Below are positions 40,323-52,280 of a stretch of 64,000 bases of DNA, in pieces (the first letter of the stretch is position 1; each line of letters opens with the position of its first letter). Position numbers and translations under genes: made by a program. Origin of the DNA: Armatimonadota bacterium (GTDB lineage Bacteria > Armatimonadota > SYMT01); NCBI GenBank assembly GCA_041690135.1, contig JAWLHY010000002.1:1104342-1168341 (forward strand). Direction: 5' to 3'. Under the pieces are notes generated by a model. The model ran no database searches. It had not been told where the DNA came from and saw only the letters and a list, made by a program, of their open reading frames with translations.

Positions 40323-41363
40323 ATGAACCGGCGCCGGTTTCTTCATACCGCTGTGGCGCTGGGTGTCGCTCGGGAAGTCTCCAGTGCGCCGTCTGTCTCG
40401 GCGTTCGGGATGGCGGCCTTTTCCTACGCGGGGCGACTGAACCAGCAGCGGGAGTTGCGAGATCCCCTGGCGTTCTTGAAGTTCTGCCGGGAGCGGGGCG
40501 CGGGCGGTGTGCAGATCGGCATCCCCCGCCGGGACGCTGCCGATTACCGAGAGTTGCGCCGTTACCTGGAGGAGAGCGGCGCGTGGCTGGAGGGGCAGGT
40601 CCGGCTGCCCCGCGATGCCGCCGACGGGGAGCGGTTCGAGGCGGAAGTCCGGAGCGCGCGGGACGCGGGCGCCACGGTGGTGCGGACCGTGATGCTTTCC
40701 GGCCGCCGGTACGAGACCTTTCCCACGGCCGCGGAGTACCGGGAGTTCCAGCGGACGTCCGCGCGCTCTGTGCAACTGGCCCAGCCGATCGTCGCGCGGC
40801 TTCGCATGCGGCTGGCGGTCGAGAACCACAAGGACTACCGCACCGACGAGCAATTGGATCTTCTCCGGCGGATCGGCAGCGAGTGGGTGGGTGTAACGGT
40901 GGACACCGGTAACAACCTGGCCCTGCTGGAGGAGCCCCTGGCGACCGTGGAAGCGCTGGCGCCTTATGCATTCACCGTCCACCTGAAGGATATGGCGGTG
41001 GAGGAGTGCGCGGAGGGTTTCCTGCTCTCCGAGGTGCCTTTCGGCAGAGGCTTCCTGGACCTCCCCCGGATCGTCGCAACTCTACAGAAGCACCGCCCGG
41101 AGATCCGCTTCAACGTGGAGATGGCCACGCGAGACCCGCTGCGCGTTCCCTGCCTGACCGAGCGGTATTGGGCCACCATGAACGGGGTTCCGGCCCCGGC
41201 TCTGGCGCGGATGCTGTCCCTGGTCCGCGAGCGGAAGGAAGGCCGGCCCCTCCCGCGAGTGACCGAGATCCCGTTGGACCGCCGGTTGGAGTTGGAGGAC
41301 GCCAACGCGCGGGAGTGCCAGGCATACACCCGTAATCTCCGGGAATCGAAGGATGCGGGGTGA
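40323..41363 (+). CDS. Tat-exported sugar phosphate isomerase/epimerase (xylose-isomerase-like TIM barrel)
   Basis: MNRRRFL; AVENHKD; VDTGN; VHLKD. Confidence 0.88.
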   Translation: MNRRRFLHTAVALGVAREVSSAPSVSAFGMAAFSYAGRLNQQRELRDPLAFLKFCRERGAGGVQIGIPRRDAADYRELRRYLEESGAWLEGQVRLPRDAADGERFEAEVRSARDAGATVVRTVMLSGRRYETFPTAAEYREFQRTSARSVQLAQPIVARLRMRLAVENHKDYRTDEQLDLLRRIGSEWVGVTVDTGNNLALLEEPLATVEALAPYAFTVHLKDMAVEECAEGFLLSEVPFGRGFLDLPRIVATLQKHRPEIRFNVEMATRDPLRVPCLTERYWATMNGVPAPALARMLSLVRERKEGRPLPRVTEIPLDRRLELEDANARECQAYTRNLRESKDAG

Positions 41364-41502
41364 AGGGACGGCGAAAATTGAGTTCGCCGGAGTGACCGGG
41401 TTCCAGCGACCGCGTTCCAATTTGCGTCGCCGGAATGAGATTTGGGGCTGACCGGCCGAAATCCGAGGCCGTACCCGTTTGCGCCACCGGCTCGCGGGCC
41501 GC

Positions 41503-41555
41503 CTCCCCGGATTGAAATCCGGGGCTGACCGACCGAAGTCCGCCTTCGCGGACTT
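41503..41555 (+). repeat. REP-like double hairpin
   Basis: CCCCGGATTGAAATCCGGGG followed by AGTCCGCCTTCGCGGACT; the second hairpin resembles AGCCTGCCTCCGCAGGCT at ~44487. Confidence 0.6.
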
Positions 41556-41717
41556 TCATAAGCACGCGCACCAGTATTCAGTTGGAGGAGAGATGGTAGG
41601 GTGAGTGTAATTGAAGCCAAGGTAGTGCTCGCGTCCCGCAACTGTTCAGTGATTTCGCGAGCGTCCCGTTCATCATCTCCCCTGTAGGGCGCAGGCTCCT
41701 CGATTACACTCTTTCTT

Positions 41718-42998
41718 ATGAACGTCACAAGAACTACCCATATCCATCAACCGATCACTCGCCGGGGGTTGGGAATCCTGGTTCTGGGGATTGCCGCGCT
41801 GCCGATGGTGAGAGCGCGGGCCGATCTGACGGTGGAAAGGCCGGAGAAGGTCGGGATGTCCGCGGAGCGGCTGGGGCGGATCGAGCCGGTGGTCCGGCGG
41901 GCCATCGACGAACGGCAGGTGACGGGGGCGGTGGCGCTGGTCGCGCGGAAGGGGAAGGTGGTCCACTTCCAGCCCTATGGGGTCATGGACCTGGAGACCC
42001 GGGCGCCGATGCGCCGGGATACCGTGTTCCGGATGGCCTCTTCCACGAAGCCGGTCACTGCCGTGGCCGTGATGATCCTGGTAGAGGAGGGGAAGGTCCG
42101 TCTCTCCGACCCGGTTTCCCGGTTCCTGCCGGAGTTCAAGCGGATGCAGGTCGCGGAGGCGGGCCCGAACGAAGGGGAGTTCCGGAACGTTCCGGCGAAG
42201 CGAGAGATGACGGTCCTGGACCTGTTGACCCATACCTCCGGGCTGGCCGGCAACCGCCCCGGTCCTTCCGAGGCGCAGAAGATCATCGCGGCGAAGCGGC
42301 CGGAGGAGACGCTGGCCCAGTTCATCCCCCGCTTCGCTGGAGCTCCGCTCGATTTCCAGCCGGGCTCGCTCTGGCGCTACAGTGGTCTGATCGGGTTCGA
42401 CGTGCTGGCGCGGATCGTGGAAGTGGCGTCGGGCTCGACCTTAAATCGATTCCTGGAGGAGCGGATCTTCGTGCCGCTCGGGATGCGCAACACCTTTTTC
42501 GTGGTGCCGGAAGCGCGCCGGAACCAACAGGCGACCCTCTACCGCAAACACTCGAAGGGTTTGGAGAGGATCGACCCGCCGGCGGTGCTGGCCGGGTCCG
42601 TCTACTTCTCCGGAGCAGGAGGTCTGCTCTCTACCGCCGAGGATTTCTTCTGCTTCGCCCAGATGCTGGCGAACGGGGGAGAGCTGAATGGGAAGCGCAT
42701 CCTTTCGCCGCGGACGGTGGACCTGCTGACGAGCAATCACGTGGGGGAGATGTTCGTGGGGCAACTCGGCCGGCCCGCGGGCATGGGTTTCGGCCTGGGT
42801 GGGGAGGTGGTTTTGGACCCAATCCGGGCCGGCACGCGGCGCTCCGCGGGCAGCTATGGGTGGGACGGCGCCTACGGGACCCATTTCTGGGTGGACCGGA
42901 AAGAGGGCCTCGTCGGGGTGCTGATGATCCAGACCGGCGGCAACAAGCAACTGCACCGCGACTTTGAGAACGCGGTGATGCAGGCGGTTATCGAGTAG
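41718..42998 (+). CDS. Serine hydrolase, beta-lactamase class C-like family
   Basis: FRMASSTK (SxxK); LLTHTSG; WRYS; WDGAYGT. Confidence 0.9.
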   Translation: MNVTRTTHIHQPITRRGLGILVLGIAALPMVRARADLTVERPEKVGMSAERLGRIEPVVRRAIDERQVTGAVALVARKGKVVHFQPYGVMDLETRAPMRRDTVFRMASSTKPVTAVAVMILVEEGKVRLSDPVSRFLPEFKRMQVAEAGPNEGEFRNVPAKREMTVLDLLTHTSGLAGNRPGPSEAQKIIAAKRPEETLAQFIPRFAGAPLDFQPGSLWRYSGLIGFDVLARIVEVASGSTLNRFLEERIFVPLGMRNTFFVVPEARRNQQATLYRKHSKGLERIDPPAVLAGSVYFSGAGGLLSTAEDFFCFAQMLANGGELNGKRILSPRTVDLLTSNHVGEMFVGQLGRPAGMGFGLGGEVVLDPIRAGTRRSAGSYGWDGAYGTHFWVDRKEGLVGVLMIQTGGNKQLHRDFENAVMQAVIE

Positions 42999-43009
42999 GG
43001 GCTTTCAGG

Positions 43010-44410
43010 TCATGCGAGGAGACCCTGGACTACCTCGCCGTGGACGTCCGTGAGGCGGTAGTCGCGCCCGGCGTGCCGGTAGGTGAGCCGGGTGTGGTCG
43101 AAGCCGAGCAGGTGGAGCAGGGTGGCGTGGAAGTCGTACATCCGCACCGGATTCTCCACCACCTTCTGCCCGTAATCGTCCGTGCGGCCCCAGACCATGC
43201 CGCCCCGGATCCCGCCGCCGGCTAGCCACGAGGAATAGCACGCGCTGTGGTGCCCGCGACCCGTGGGCCCATCGTTGTCCGGCGTGCGCCCGAATTCCGT
43301 GGTCCAGACGATCAGCGTCTCATCCAGCATCCCGCGTTGCTTCAGGTCGCGGATCAGCCCGGCGATGGGGCGGTCGACGTTCCGGGCAAGGGGTTCATGC
43401 GCCTTCATGTCGCCGTGGGAGTCCCAGTTGTTGGAAGAGCCGGTGTCGATCAGCTCGATGAACCGGACGCCCCGCTCCGCCAGCCGACGGGCCACCAGGC
43501 ACTGCCAGGCGAAGCTCTTCGTGTTGCCGCGCTGCAGCCCGTAAAGGGCGTGGGTCGCTTCGCTCTCCCGGGACAGGTCTAGCGCTTCCGGCATCTCGCT
43601 CTGCATCCCGAATGCCGTTTCGAACGCTCGGATGCGTCCCGCCAGGTAGGGGTCCTGGGGCATGCGCTGCTGGTGCCTGCGGTTGAAGCGGTCCAGCAGG
43701 CTCAGCTCGAGCTGCTGGAGTTCCGGGGTTTCCGTGCGACGCTTGAGGTTGGGGATCGGCTCCTCGCCCGGCACGACCCGCGTGCCCTGGTGACTGGCAG
43801 GGAGGAAGTCCGAGCTCCAGACCTGGGTGCCCGTGTACGGCAGGTTGGGCGCAATTACCATGAACGACGGCAGGTTCCGGTTCAGCGTCCCCAGGCCGTA
43901 GCTCACCCATGAACCGAAACTGGGCCGGACGACGCTGACGGAGCCGGTGTGGATGCCGAGGGTGCACTGGGCGTGGTCGATATGCTCGGAGGTCATCGAG
44001 CGGATGACGCAGATCTCGTCCATCACCTCGCGCAGGTGGGGGAAGAGGTCACTCACCTCCGTCCCGCACTTGCCGCCCGGCCGGAACTCCCAGAAGGGGC
44101 GCAGGAGCGTGCCCTTCCCGCTTCCCGGTATCCCGGTGGTCGGGATCTTCTTACCGTGGTCCGCCATCAGTCTCGGCTTCGGGTCGAACGTGTCCACGTG
44201 GGACACCCCACCCGTCATGAAGAGGAAGATCACCCGCTTCGCCTTCGGGGCGAAGTGCGGCGCGCGCGGCGCCAGGGGGTCCGCGCTCCCGGCAGCGGCC
44301 GCGGCCTCGGAGCCCAGGAGGTCCGCCAGGATGCCCGGCAGGAGCAGCGACCCGGCGACGGCCGAGCGGAGCAACTGGCGGCGGGAGGGATTGTGGTTCA
44401 TTTCGTTCAT
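43010..44410 (-). CDS. DUF1501 domain protein with Tat-like leader
   Basis: SRRQLL; GGVSHVDTFDPKP; WDSH; EFGRTP; RLTDVHG. Confidence 0.92.
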   Translation of the reverse strand: MNEMNHNPSRRQLLRSAVAGSLLLPGILADLLGSEAAAAAGSADPLAPRAPHFAPKAKRVIFLFMTGGVSHVDTFDPKPRLMADHGKKIPTTGIPGSGKGTLLRPFWEFRPGGKCGTEVSDLFPHLREVMDEICVIRSMTSEHIDHAQCTLGIHTGSVSVVRPSFGSWVSYGLGTLNRNLPSFMVIAPNLPYTGTQVWSSDFLPASHQGTRVVPGEEPIPNLKRRTETPELQQLELSLLDRFNRRHQQRMPQDPYLAGRIRAFETAFGMQSEMPEALDLSRESEATHALYGLQRGNTKSFAWQCLVARRLAERGVRFIELIDTGSSNNWDSHGDMKAHEPLARNVDRPIAGLIRDLKQRGMLDETLIVWTTEFGRTPDNDGPTGRGHHSACYSSWLAGGGIRGGMVWGRTDDYGQKVVENPVRMYDFHATLLHLLGFDHTRLTYRHAGRDYRLTDVHGEVVQGLLA

Positions 44411-44452
44411 CGCGGGCTCATCCCCGGCACTCATTCAAGGAAAAACTGCTAC

Positions 44453-44505
44453 GGCTGGCGAGTGAACTCACGCCTACAGAAGGCGAAGCCTGCCTCCGCA
44501 GGCTA
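44453..44505 (-). repeat. REP-like palindromic repeat (same family as 11160)
   Basis: GGCGAGTGAACTCACGCC and AGCCTGCCTCCGCAGGCT hairpins. Confidence 0.75.
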
Positions 44506-44538
44506 ACCCGAACGGATCTGGAGTATGCTGACAGATCC

Positions 44539-47064
44539 TCATTCAAGAAACAGGAACTCGCTGCTGGTCAGGAGCACGCGCAGGTAACTGGCCCAGGCCT
44601 TTCGCTCCTGCTGGTCCGCCGTCAGGTTCATCGTTTGCAGTGCCCGGCGGCCGGCCGCAAGGTGCTCCTGGCCGAGGGCTATCTCTTCCGCCTCCGGGGA
44701 ACGTCCAAATGCCAGGCGGTAGGCGATCCGGATGCGGGCGTCCGTTTCCGGCGCGGCGGCCAGCACTCGCTCCGCGAACCGCTGGCCCTGCTCGTGCACG
44801 AACGGGTCGTTCAGCATGTAGAGGGCCTGGATGGAGGTGTTGCTGATGGGCCGTTCGGCCGTCGGTGCGTTGGGATCGGCGCCGTCGAACAATTCCAGGT
44901 ACGGTTGCTTGCGGATGCGCTGCTGCATCAGGTAGATACTGCGGCGGTTGGTCGGGTAGTCCGCGTAGAACGGACGGTGCTGGGTGTACTTGAATGGCTG
45001 CGGCGGGAAGGGGTGCTCGCCGCCCATCGTCCGGTCGAGCGCGCCGCTTACCGCCAGCATTCCATCCCGGATCGCCTCGGCGGGGAGCCGCCGCCGGTTG
45101 TAGCGCCAGAGCCACTCGTTGTTCGGATCACGCGCGGCGTTCTGCGGAACGTCGACGGACGCAAGCCGGTACGTGCGGGAGAGGAGTATCTCCCGGTGCA
45201 TCGCCTTGATCGACCACCCGCTCCGCACGAACTTTACGGCCAGATAGTCGAGCAACTCGGGGTGGGTGGGGGCTTTCCCGCGGGTGCCGAAGTCGTTCGG
45301 GGTCTGGACGATCCCGCGGCCGAAGTGTCCCTGCCAGATCCGGTTCACCATCACACGGGCGGTGAGTGGGTTGGCCGGATCGGTGATCCAGCGGGCCAGC
45401 TCCAGGCGCCCGCTGCCGGTCGCGCCCGGCGGCAGGGTCTGTCCGCCCAGGACCTTCAGGAACCCGCGGGGGACCTCGTCGCCCGGGTTCTTCGGATCCC
45501 CCTTGCGCTGCAGGCGGGCATTTCCCGGCTTCCCTTCCTGCACCGCGTAGGCCAGGTCGATCCGCACGGGCTGGGCTTCCAGCTCGCGGACGCGGTTCTT
45601 CGCGGCGGCCAGGCCGGCCCGTGCCGTCGCCAGGGCCTCGCTCTGTTTGGGGTCCTTCTCGAGCTGCTTGACCTTACGCTCCAGCTCACCCGTCTGCTTC
45701 CGCGCGGCGGCGAACGAGCGTTCCCACTCCTCCCACGCTTTCACCTGGGTAGGAGGGGCCAGCGGGACGAAATCCTTCCGCTCCGGCGGGATTTCGGTAC
45801 CGGGGAAGGCGAACTTCGTGCTCGCGAAGATGCCGTAGAGCGCGTAGTACTCCTTCTGCGAGATCGGGTCGAACTTGTGGTCGTGGCACCGGGCGCAGCC
45901 CAGGGAAAGGCCCAGCATCGACTTGCCGGCGTTGTCCAGGATGTCCTCGATGGTGAGGTGGAACTCGTCGGCCAGCGAGCCGAAGCGGCGCGCCGTGGCC
46001 AGGTAGCCGGTCGCTATGATCTGCTCGTACCGCTCCCCGTCACTGGCGGCGGGCAGGAGATCCCCGGCAAGCTGCTCCTGCAGGAACCGGTCGTACGGCT
46101 TGTCCTGGTTGAAGCTGCGGATGACCCAGTTGCGGTACCGGTACGCCTCCGGAACCGGGAAGTCGGAGTTGCAACCGGAGGTGTCCGCGTACCGGGCGAG
46201 ATCGAGCCAGTGCCGGCCCCACGCTTCGCCGTAGTGCGGAGAGGCCAGGAGGCGATCGACGACCTTTTCCCAGGCCTGCGGCGAGCGGTCCACGAGGAAG
46301 GCATCTACCTCTTCCGGCGTGGGGGGCAGACCGGTCAGGTCGAAGGTCACCCGCCGGATCAGCGTCCGCCGGTCCGCCTCCGGCCCCGGTTTCAGGCCCT
46401 GCTTCTCCAGCCCCGCCAGCACAAACGCATCGATCGGCGTCTTCGCCCAATTGCGGTCCTTGACCTGGGGAACCGCGGGCATCTGGAGAGGGCGGAAGGA
46501 CCAGTGGGTACGGACCGAATTGACAATTGACAATTGAGAATTGTCAATTGTCAATTGTCCCTTCTCCCTTTCCCCTGGCCCCTTACCCCCACCTTCAGGC
46601 CACGGAGCGCCCATCTTCACCCAGGCTTCCAGGTCCCGGATCTGCGCATCGGGGAGCTTGCCGCCGGGAGGCATCTTCGCGGTGCCTTCCTGGTGGCGGA
46701 CGGCGTGCAGCAAGAGGCTTTTACCGGGGTCGCCGGGGAGGAGCGCCGGGCCGGAGTTGCCACCCTTGAGGAGAGCCGCGCGCGTGTCGAGGCGCAACCC
46801 GCCGGCTTCCTTGCCGGACCGCTCGCTGTGGCAGGCGAAGCACTTCGTTGCCAGGAGCGGCCGGACCCGCTTCTCGAAGAACTCGATGCCTTCGGGTGAA
46901 AGGGCCGGTCCGGGCGGTTCGGCGGCCTTGCCGACCAATGCGCCGGCGGGTGCCGCGAGCAGGGCCGCCAGCACCGTCGCAGCCGAGAGGTGGGGCCGGT
47001 AGGCCTTTGTTCCGCTCCCGGTAAATGCCGGGGTCTTGTCCTTACGGGGGGTTACAGGAAACAT
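44539..47064 (-). CDS. Planctomycete cytochrome c + DUF1549 + DUF1553 (PSD1) protein
   Basis: CFACH and CARCHDHK heme motifs; HWSF; GRHWLDLARYADT; ARVMVNRIWQ. Confidence 0.93.
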   Translation of the reverse strand: MFPVTPRKDKTPAFTGSGTKAYRPHLSAATVLAALLAAPAGALVGKAAEPPGPALSPEGIEFFEKRVRPLLATKCFACHSERSGKEAGGLRLDTRAALLKGGNSGPALLPGDPGKSLLLHAVRHQEGTAKMPPGGKLPDAQIRDLEAWVKMGAPWPEGGGKGPGEREKGQLTIDNSQLSIVNSVRTHWSFRPLQMPAVPQVKDRNWAKTPIDAFVLAGLEKQGLKPGPEADRRTLIRRVTFDLTGLPPTPEEVDAFLVDRSPQAWEKVVDRLLASPHYGEAWGRHWLDLARYADTSGCNSDFPVPEAYRYRNWVIRSFNQDKPYDRFLQEQLAGDLLPAASDGERYEQIIATGYLATARRFGSLADEFHLTIEDILDNAGKSMLGLSLGCARCHDHKFDPISQKEYYALYGIFASTKFAFPGTEIPPERKDFVPLAPPTQVKAWEEWERSFAAARKQTGELERKVKQLEKDPKQSEALATARAGLAAAKNRVRELEAQPVRIDLAYAVQEGKPGNARLQRKGDPKNPGDEVPRGFLKVLGGQTLPPGATGSGRLELARWITDPANPLTARVMVNRIWQGHFGRGIVQTPNDFGTRGKAPTHPELLDYLAVKFVRSGWSIKAMHREILLSRTYRLASVDVPQNAARDPNNEWLWRYNRRRLPAEAIRDGMLAVSGALDRTMGGEHPFPPQPFKYTQHRPFYADYPTNRRSIYLMQQRIRKQPYLELFDGADPNAPTAERPISNTSIQALYMLNDPFVHEQGQRFAERVLAAAPETDARIRIAYRLAFGRSPEAEEIALGQEHLAAGRRALQTMNLTADQQERKAWASYLRVLLTSSEFLFLE

Positions 47065-47711
47065 CGTTTTCCCGACTCCAGATGGGCTACCACCGCTTCC
47101 GCAGCCCGACCCGCGTCTCCCGCAATGACAGCCTGGGCGATCTCCAGGTGTTCCGGGTAGCTGTGGGCAATCCGTTCTGGCACCTGCCTGGCGATCCGCA
47201 GGATGATCCGGTGGATCTTGTCGCGGAGTTGGAGCAGGGTGCGGGTGATCTCATCATTCCCCAGAAACTCGCAGAACAGCAGGTGGAACTCGCTATCCAG
47301 CTCGATCAGCCTCGGGATGTCGCCCGCGGCCACGCTCTCCTGCTGCGCCGCCAGATTGGCGTGCAGGCGCTCCACGTTCTCCCCGGAGAGCTTCCCGGCC
47401 AGGCGACCCAGCACGTACGGCTCCAGCGCGGCCCGCAGATCGTAGTGGTCCCCGATTTCCTGTGCGGTCAGCTCCCGCACCACGATCCCCTGGTTGGGGG
47501 AGATGGTGATGAACCCTTCCGCCTCCAGCCGCTCGATGGCGGACCGGACAGGCGTGTTGCTCATGCCCAGGTGCTTCGCCAGCTTCCGCTCCGAAAGAAA
47601 CGGCTCCAGCGGCCGCGGGCTGATGATGAGCAACTGCTTCAACTCGTGGTAGGCGCGCTCCCGCAGCAGGGAGCGGCCGGTATCCGGGGAGAGGGCCAGG
47701 GTTTCGCTCAT
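47052..47711 (-). CDS. GntR family regulator with FCD domain
   Basis: SERKLAKHLGMSNTPVRSA; DSEFH; EH...H. Confidence 0.9.
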   Translation of the reverse strand: MSETLALSPDTGRSLLRERAYHELKQLLIISPRPLEPFLSERKLAKHLGMSNTPVRSAIERLEAEGFITISPNQGIVVRELTAQEIGDHYDLRAALEPYVLGRLAGKLSGENVERLHANLAAQQESVAAGDIPRLIELDSEFHLLFCEFLGNDEITRTLLQLRDKIHRIILRIARQVPERIAHSYPEHLEIAQAVIAGDAGRAAEAVVAHLESGKRCFL

Positions 47712-47799
47712 GGGGTTTGGGTTACGTGTGTTCAGCCGGCTCTTGCAGCGGATGCGAGCTTGTCCTGCTAGTGCTATCTTAACCGATATCTCACGTGAG

Positions 47800-48425
47800 A
47801 TCCGGATGAAGATAAGGACTTGGATGAGGATAAGGATAGGGAGCCCCGGATCAATACGGCTTCCCTGGCCAGGAGACGGGATCGATGAGGATTAGGACGA
47901 TGACTAGGATGAGGATCCCGCGCAGGACAGGTGAAGTGACCAGGGGTGAGTGGATAAGGATAAAGGAGCTCGGGTAAGGACGGGTACCCTGATCAGGGAG
48001 CGGAGTGACGACCGGGGGCATGGTCGGTGGGTAGGCAGAACGGGTGCAAGAGGTGCGCGTCTGTTACGGCTGCCCTGACCATGGGGCTTGCCGCGTCGCT
48101 GATGAGTTCAGATACACGAGGTCGGGTGCTTCGTCAAAAGGCTCATCGAGGCTGAGAAGTTGCTTCCGATCCACCGCTCCTCGCAATGACCATCTTTGAC
48201 TTTGCCCGAACACCTGACCACCCGAACACCTGACCACCCAAACACCTGACCACCCGACCACCCAAACACCTGACCACCCGAACACCTGACCACCCGAACA
48301 CCTGACCACCCGAACACCTGACCACCCGAACACCTGAACACCTGAACACCCGAACATTTACGCCCCACAGGGGTGCCTGAACACCCCGTTCCCTCATTCG
48401 CTTCATTCGCCCTATTCGCGGATCG
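47800..48425 (-). repeat. Composite dispersed repeat, copy 2, with an expanded (~19-unit) octamer array
   Basis: The reverse complement reads GATCCGCGAATAGGGCGAAT, octamers (48204-48356), GTCAAAGATGGTCATTGCGAGGAGCGG...AGCGACGCGGCAAGCCCCATGGTCAGGG..., collinear with 1359-1889. Confidence 0.85.
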
Positions 48426-48533
48426 CCCGCCCGAATGCCTGAAAGCCCGCATGCCTGACCCGAACTGGTCGCGTTGGGAACCGGGGCGATACAACCATCC
48501 CGAACTGTTGGCGCGTAGATTTGGACCGATCTT

Positions 48534-50252
<1,719 letters not shown>

Positions 50253-50581
50253 GTCCAGGCTCTCACCACAAACAAAGCGACGGCCGAGGTGGTTTTTGTG
50301 GGGTTCCATGAAGGGTACTGGGGGGACATACTCCAAATAGTTACCAGAGTTGAGGAGCCCTCCTGGGGCTACCTACCGGGCGAGTGACCGGCTTCCCGTT
50401 GTCGGTCACTCGCCCGGTAGTATTCTCGTCCGGTGCGAAACGCCCCCAGCGCGGGGAGCTTCGCCATCCCAATCAGAAAAGCCGGCTCCGCCGGGGACGG
50501 TGTTCGGGACGCGGGATCCCGGCTTCGGCCCGGCGCAAAGGGGCCAAAAACGTGTTGCGCATTAGGGTTTAAGTACGCCCA

Positions 50582-50700
50582 GGTGGTGCCCTGAATATTT
50601 GGGAACGGCTGGGAATTCAATCCGGCAGCAGGGCAAACGGCCTCATCCGTGCGGATAGGCCGGCGGACCACTTTGGAACCGCAGCCAGCGTCGACCGCGG
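50582..50700 (+). ncRNA. Candidate structured cis-regulatory RNA (three-way junction), family unassigned
   Basis: Pairings GGTGGT/ACCACT, GCCCTG/CAGGGC and CGGCCT/AGGCCG, with a GGGCAAAC junction, in the leader of a prepilin-like gene. Confidence 0.35.
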
Positions 50701-50733
50701 CCGTCGTCAGTACAGACGGCTGGAGATACCTTC

Positions 50734-51447
50734 ATGCGTCCGAACACCCGCCGAGCCTTTACGTTGATCGAGCTTCTTGTGGTGATAGCGATCATCGCCA
50801 TCCTGGCCGCTATCCTCTTCCCCGTTTTCGCTCAGGCCCGAGATGCCGCGCGAAAGACCTCGTGCCTTAGCAATCAGAAGCAGGTCGGCACCGGAATTCT
50901 CATGTACCTGCAGGACTATGAAGAGGTGTACCCCACGATCGACGTGGGTGCGTACCTCGTGCTCATCCAACCCTACGTGAAGAACCTGGATGTCTGGCGG
51001 TGTCCGTCCGGCTCCGGCAATTACACGGTCGGTAACCGGGCTATCACCGGCGCATCGGGCTCGTGGGGCGTGGTGCGTACCGGGATGGTGGCCAACGCGG
51101 ATGTGTTCGGCGGGTGGGGCGGTACCCCGGGGCGCTCTTCCGTGGTGGTGGACTCCCCCGCCACGACGGTGCTGCTGGTGGACGCAGATTACAACCCTTC
51201 CACCCTGAACGGCCAGATTGCGGTCACCTCATCGAACACGGGCATGGTCCGGGGATGGTACACCCGCTGGACTGGCGCCAGTCCGCTGTCGGGCAATTCC
51301 CGGTTGGGCGCGAAGCACGCGCACGGCGGTAACTTCCTCTTCGCCGACGGGCATTCCAAGTGGCAGAAGCAACCCCCGAGCGATTGCGCCAACTGGTTGC
51401 CGGGCAGCACCCGCGGCAGCCTGTTCTCGAATACCACCTGTTACTGA
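50734..51447 (+). CDS. Prepilin-type N-terminal cleavage/methylation protein (DUF1559, H-X9-DG)
   Basis: [29 protein letters not shown]; [16 protein letters not shown]. Confidence 0.92.
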   Translation: MRPNTRRAFTLIELLVVIAIIAILAAILFPVFAQARDAARKTSCLSNQKQVGTGILMYLQDYEEVYPTIDVGAYLVLIQPYVKNLDVWRCPSGSGNYTVGNRAITGASGSWGVVRTGMVANADVFGGWGGTPGRSSVVVDSPATTVLLVDADYNPSTLNGQIAVTSSNTGMVRGWYTRWTGASPLSGNSRLGAKHAHGGNFLFADGHSKWQKQPPSDCANWLPGSTRGSLFSNTTCY

Positions 51448-51572
51448 TTTGCCGCTCCTACCAACCTGGATAGGAGCCGGTACTCCACCTACAGGCCGAG
51501 CGCTGTCTCGGCCTGTCTCTCCCCTTGGGGTCCCCCAGCAAGCCCGCGCTCCTACCTTCTCCCGCCGATCGC

Positions 51573-52280
51573 TTATGGGGCGGTAACCAGGACTTTGCTC
51601 TGAACGGAGGCGTGGCGGAGGTGGGGGAGCTGGGCCACGACGTGCGGGCCGTCGCTGACGCGGGGGCAGGTGGTAACCACGAGGTGCTCCAGGTTGGGAG
51701 CGATCCGCGGCAGTTCTCCGAGTGTGGTGAGATTTCGGCAGCGATGGATACCCACCCGCTTGAGGCGTGGCAGTTCCGGAAGGCCGGCCAGGGTCGCGGG
51801 TTTCGCCCAGAAGATCTCCAGATCTTCAAGACCGGTGGGGATCTCCAGTCCCTCGTAGGTCCCGTGTTTCGGTTGGTAGCGCCAGACGTGGAGCAGGCGG
51901 AGATTCTCTAAACGGCCCATCCCCTTATCCCGGGGGTTGAATTCCCACACCACCTCTTCCAGCGTCGCGAGGCGGCTGAAATCGACCGGAGGCCGCTTGG
52001 GGTGCACGCCAAAGTGCCGAAGGTCTTCAAGCGCGTAGACGCCGTCGATGTTCTTGAGATCGATGTCCCAGAACCAGATGCTACCCAGGTGCGGAAGCTC
52101 CCGCAGGAAGTCCAGGTTGTCCTCCCGGAAGTTGAAATAGGGGTTGCCGAAGACGCCGTAGACCGCTTGCCGTTTCGCCTCGGCGACGCAGTCCGCCAGC
52201 CGGCCGGTTTCGATGCCCAGCAGGCGGCGACCTTCCAGGTCGTTGCCGACGAAATACTCACCTTCGCGATGGATGTTCAT
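51573..52280 (-). CDS. Leucine-rich repeat protein
   Basis: LxxLxxLxxL repeats (LRELPHLGSI, LENLRLL, LPRLKRV, APNLEHL); AGGA RBS. Confidence 0.7.
   Translation of the reverse strand: MNIHREGEYFVGNDLEGRRLLGIETGRLADCVAEAKRQAVYGVFGNPYFNFREDNLDFLRELPHLGSIWFWDIDLKNIDGVYALEDLRHFGVHPKRPPVDFSRLATLEEVVWEFNPRDKGMGRLENLRLLHVWRYQPKHGTYEGLEIPTGLEDLEIFWAKPATLAGLPELPRLKRVGIHRCRNLTTLGELPRIAPNLEHLVVTTCPRVSDGPHVVAQLPHLRHASVQSKVLVTAP

Noticed and set aside
40964-41728. 254-aa minus-strand ORF
   Set aside because: It is mostly antisense to the epimerase gene and crosses REP hairpins; the short EEPAPY-containing start is too weak to call.
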